From NCBI RefSeq assembly GCF_006345805.1, contig NW_021834745.1, positions 1 to 26,729 on the forward strand: a stretch of 26,729 bases of DNA. The letters are read 5' to 3'. Source of the stretch: Octopus sinensis (lineage: Eukaryota). The position numbers and the translations under genes were made by a program. Positions 22,649-26,729 of this stretch are shown piece after piece; within the stretch, counting starts at the first letter, position 1, and each line of letters starts with the position of its first letter. The notes beneath the pieces were generated by a model. The model searched no databases. It had not been told where the DNA came from and saw only the letters and a program-made list of their open reading frames with translations.

Positions 22649-22768
22649 TATCACGTGATCACGTGACCGACCAGACATTCAGATGTTGTTACACATCGCT
22701 GGTCACAATGCGTTCGCATTGTTTTAGCCTTCGAATGACGCCACCCCGCTGGCTAAGCGAGCAGGCCA
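22649..22768 (-). mobile_element. Fragment of a third SINE-like repeat family (3' part)
   Basis: GC-rich block atcacgtgatcacgtgaccgaccag...ggctaagcgagcaggcc next to (CATA)n. Recognised from memory as a common octopus repeat; needs a Dfam or BLAST check. Confidence 0.5.
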
Positions 22769-23292
22769 GCATACATATATACATACACATATATATTAGT
22801 GGGTACTTACGTACTACATATGTTTCAAATGAATTACAAAACTTTATGTAACTTTAAGTTATTACATATTTGTTTAGTGTTCCTTCTCTTCAGGTACATT
22901 TCTACACCTTCTACAGTAAACGCATGGTTTGGTCAATCGACCTTGTAGAGAAATTCATTCTCTACAAGGAAACTACAATTAAGTAGAAAGGTTTATGAAT
23001 TACAGAGGTGTTTTCTAACTGAATGAGTATCCTTTCTTGTGAAGACATGTGGAAAGAACGAAGGAGATAAATACTAACATTATAAGGTAATAAAGTTGAA
23101 ATTAAGACCCCGAAGCGATAAGAGCAAAAAGGAAAAATAAAGAATACTCGATTTAGTGTCGTTACTAAGATAACTGGACTTTTAAATTCCTACGTGCAGA
23201 CACCAAAATATAAAACAACATGAAATGAATTATGCAAGTACACAAATCTACATTCCGCTTGTGCACACACACACACACACACGCCGCATATA

Positions 23293-23371
<79 letters not shown>

Positions 23372-23491
23372 TATTATAATAAACAAATATGTATACATGT
23401 ACCATTACACATATAGGTGCAAATACAGCATATGTGCACACATCTATGTACACACCCACATATGTAAATACACAACTCATATACACACTTG

Positions 23492-23529
<38 letters not shown>

Positions 23530-24257
23530 TACACCCAGTATATATATATATATATACACCCAGTTACCCACTGATTTGTAATCACATAAGTAGCAACATA
23601 TGTTGTTATTGACTGGAGTTGTAGAGTGACGGTCATCTTATCAGAAATTCCATCTATTTCGATACGGGACGAAATGTATTGTTGATTAATAAATTTTATT
23701 GATCGAGTTTCATTAAGTTTGTGTTATCTATACAAGCCGCGTCTATGCTTGAGGCTAACCAAGTCGATTATTTTGGATCTCGCTACTTTATTACACAAAC
23801 AAACACATATATATGTATGTATGCATGTAGAGAGAGATAGAGAGCAAGTGGTGGAGAGATGGAGCTATTTTATGATAAAGAACAAAGAAGACCATTTTAA
23901 GTGTTCGCTGATACCTGTTCTCAGTTGAAACGATGCACGAATTCTAGCGAGATAAGCGAAATAATTAACATGCCCATACACATACACACACACATATGCA
24001 CATAAGCACGTATATTTGTATATCTGTATGTGTGTATACACCTTGTATGTATGTCCGTATGTATGTCCGTATGTATGTTGAAATGTAAATACATACATAT
24101 ACACACGTGTATACAGATATGTATGCATATGAACATATAAGTATGTATGTATATATACATGTATATATATAGATATATATGTGCATATATATATGCATAT
24201 ATATATACATATATATGTATATGCATATATATGTATATAATATATACATATATATTG

Positions 24258-24311
<54 letters not shown>

Positions 24312-24384
24312 ATATATATATATTATATATTATAATAATATGCATATATATATATACAATATGCATATATATATAAATTTATAT

Positions 24385-24750
24385 AGAGAGCAATAAGAAA
24401 ATGGAGGGGATCAATATAGGTGGTATTCATCAACTTTTAGACATTATATTATGTCAATTTGTTTATTTACTAAAAGGACAATTATAAAAGTATACATACA
24501 TATATAACATTATGCTTTACATATATGACATATACAGATATCAGTAATTATTAAAATATATAACATACAGGAATAGAAATTGGGATAATATCTTACAGCT
24601 GTTTCAGCCAAGAGGTAAAAATACCTCATTCTACATTTATCCCTTCAGTAGACTGAAGTGATCTGTAGATGAAATTAAGGTACTTGGGTGTTTCTCTAGG
24701 CTTCGTCAGAGATTTTAGAAAGTACATAAGGCTAAGTTATAAATATATTC
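24385..24750 (-). mobile_element. Non-coding repeat carrying a hammerhead ribozyme (Penelope-like LTR or retrozyme-like)
   Basis: Bounded by a (TA)n tract and a SINE, with no ORF and an intact hammerhead motif inside. Boundaries and class are inferred. Confidence 0.45.
24590..24713 (-). ncRNA. Type I hammerhead ribozyme with intact core and extended stem II
   Basis: Minus strand: atct CTGACGA agcctagag-[about 80 nt rod]-ctcttggct GAAA CAGCTG TA agat. All conserved core nucleotides are present, stem I is atct/agat, and predicted cleavage is after GUA (between 24594 and 24593). Confidence 0.8.
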
Positions 24751-24768
24751 TTTTAATATTTATATATT

Positions 24769-25153
24769 TATTCTTTTAATTGTTTCAGTCAATTGACTGC
24801 AGCCATGCTGGAGCACCATGTTAAAGTGTGTTAGTGGAAGAAATTGACCCCCTGGACTTGTTCTTTGTAAGCCTAGTACTCATTTTATAGGTCTTTCTTG
24901 CCGTACCGCTACATTAACACACTAACATCGGTTGTCAAGCGATGGGGGGGGGGGAAACACACACATACACATATACAAATATATACATGTATATACGACG
25001 GGCCTCTTCCAATTTCCGTCTACCAAATCCACTCAGAAGGTTTTGGTCAGCCTGAGGTTATAGTAGAAGATACTTAGCCAGGGTGTCACGCAGTGGGACT
25101 GAACCCGGAACCATGTGGTCGAGAAGCAAGTTTCTTACCACACAGCCACGCCT
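24769..25153 (-). mobile_element. SINE family B, full length, diverged
   Basis: Reverse complement of family B from head to tail. Confidence 0.88.
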
Positions 25154-25257
25154 CTGTGTTTGTGTATGTGCAAGCGTGTGTTGGGGGGGATGGATTTGAG
25201 TCGAAATTTAAACTACACTGTACGTACGATAGATGGATACGACATACATACATATAA

Positions 25258-25316
<59 letters not shown>

Positions 25317-25441
25317 CAATTAAGATTCAAGTCAATTCTAATGATGAATTCACTTGAATGCGGTACTTAGATGCACCAGAAAACTATATGGTGTTAACCA
25401 TACAGTAATGTGGGGTGATTATATTATATATATATATGCCC

Positions 25442-25591
25442 TTGGCGTTAGGAAGGGCATCCAGCTGTAGAAACACTGCCAGATCTGACTGGCCTGGTGC
25501 AGCCTTCGAGCTTGCCAGACCCCAGTTGAACCGTCCAACCCATGCTAGCATGGAAAGCGGACGTTAAACGATGATGATGATGATGATGATG
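25442..25591 (+). mobile_element. 3' fragment of an RTE-associated SINE or LINE with (GAT)n tail
   Basis: ttggcgttaggaagggcatccagctgtagaaac...catgctagcatggaaagcggacgttaaacg followed by (atg)n. Short tandem-repeat tails are typical of RTE-mobilised elements; the family assignment is inferred. Confidence 0.65.
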
Positions 25592-25772
25592 AAACGAGAA
25601 AGAAGCAACAAGAATGGATTAGTTTTTAGTACAATTGTTTCATACAAAGACAGGCTTTATTAAAGTTGCAAATATTGCAGCTTTTGCAATATTTGAAACT
25701 TTTAATAAAGCCTGTCTTGTATGAAACAATTGTACTAAAAACTAATCCATTCTTGTTGCTTCTTTCTCGTTT
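25592..25772. repeat. Near-perfect 181-bp palindrome (88-bp arms, 5-nt loop)
   Basis: 25592-25679 matches the reverse complement of 25685-25772 apart from two single-A indels and one substitution; the loop is gcttt. Confidence 0.95.
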
Positions 25773-25784
25773 ATATATATATAT

Positions 25785-26092
25785 ATATAATAGGGAGAGA
25801 TAGATGGATACATACATACGTACATACATACATATATACATACATACATGCATACATACATAATGCTTACATACATATATATACATATATATATAGGGAG
25901 AGATAGATGGATACGTACATACGTACGTACATACATACATACATACATACATACATACACACATGCATACATACATACATACATACATACACACATGCAT
26001 ACATACATACATACATACATACATACATACATACATACATACATACATACATACATACATACATACATACATACATGCATACATACATACAC
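25785..26092. repeat. (CATA)n microsatellite with a duplicated tagggagagatagatggatac unit
   Basis: Direct inspection; the unit recurs near 25791 and 25895. Confidence 0.9.
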
Positions 26093-26729
26093 AAGACGAG
26101 CATAGAGAAACAATTTACATGTCTATACGACTCCGTATATTTAGGCATATGTTTTGTCGCGGTTTATTTGTAAACTAGAAACACTTTATTTATTCCGACT
26201 TTATTATTCAGCCTGTCTGATCAATATCCTTTCTGATCATTTCCCCCTATGAATTATAGAATGAATTGTGATGCTGAATTTCCTCAATGAAGTTGCTTCT
26301 AGTAAAATTTCATAATAGCATTGCAATATACTTTGGTTGTTGTGACATATGCAAATATATGGCAAAGCTATGATTTATTATAACAGATCAAATGGATATA
26401 TGTCGGGTTGTTAAAGTAATAGGATTTTTATTGAAGATATCATTAGCTAAAGTGAGCGACGGCATATGTGCGATTTATATAACATACATTTTCTTCTAAA
26501 GGTTTGTTTATACAATTTTAGATAAATATACTAATGTATGTATGTACATAAGTACGTGTGGTTGTCTGCAAGTTGCGTAAATAAAATTCAGATAATAGAT
26601 TTTGACTGTAGGCATGACAATCTCAGTGGTATTAACTAATCCGTGTATGAAATGGCTTAAGTTAATTGAACATTGCTGCCGTTTGGTAAAACTTCTCAAA
26701 ATATATCTGGTTTGTACGGAATCTTCTCA

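Noticed and set aside
22941-22969. Perfect 12-bp hairpin ccttgtagagaa/ttctctacaagg
   Set aside because: Isolated, with no Helitron CTRR end or other context; no function can be assigned.

Overview
AT-rich, microsatellite-dense eukaryotic DNA that looks like an intron or intergenic region. The tRNA-derived SINE families suggest an octopus or other cephalopod genome (inference from recalled repeat families, no search run). No intact multi-exon host gene can be built. Most ORF-track entries translate simple repeats. Recognisable content: about 15 SINE copies from three or four families; a 5'-truncated L1/Tx1-clade LINE (7024-10163, minus) with a perfect 22-bp target-site duplication inside a (GATA)n-based compound satellite; two decayed mariner transposases; an internally deleted DD37D/maT-like element with a nested SINE; an RLE-type non-LTR relic; and several MITE or foldback elements. 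The most interesting signal is a set of type I hammerhead ribozyme motifs. One has an intact core and an unusually long rod-like stem II (24590-24713, minus), one has a G5C core mutation (6220-6270, plus), and one is degenerate (6685-6759). The first two share GAAACAGCTGTAAGA with a palindromic stem III, as in Penelope-like/retrozyme hammerheads. Also notable are a near-perfect 181-bp palindrome, a Merlin-like MITE carrying telomeric repeats, and a candidate 27-nt minus-strand microexon.
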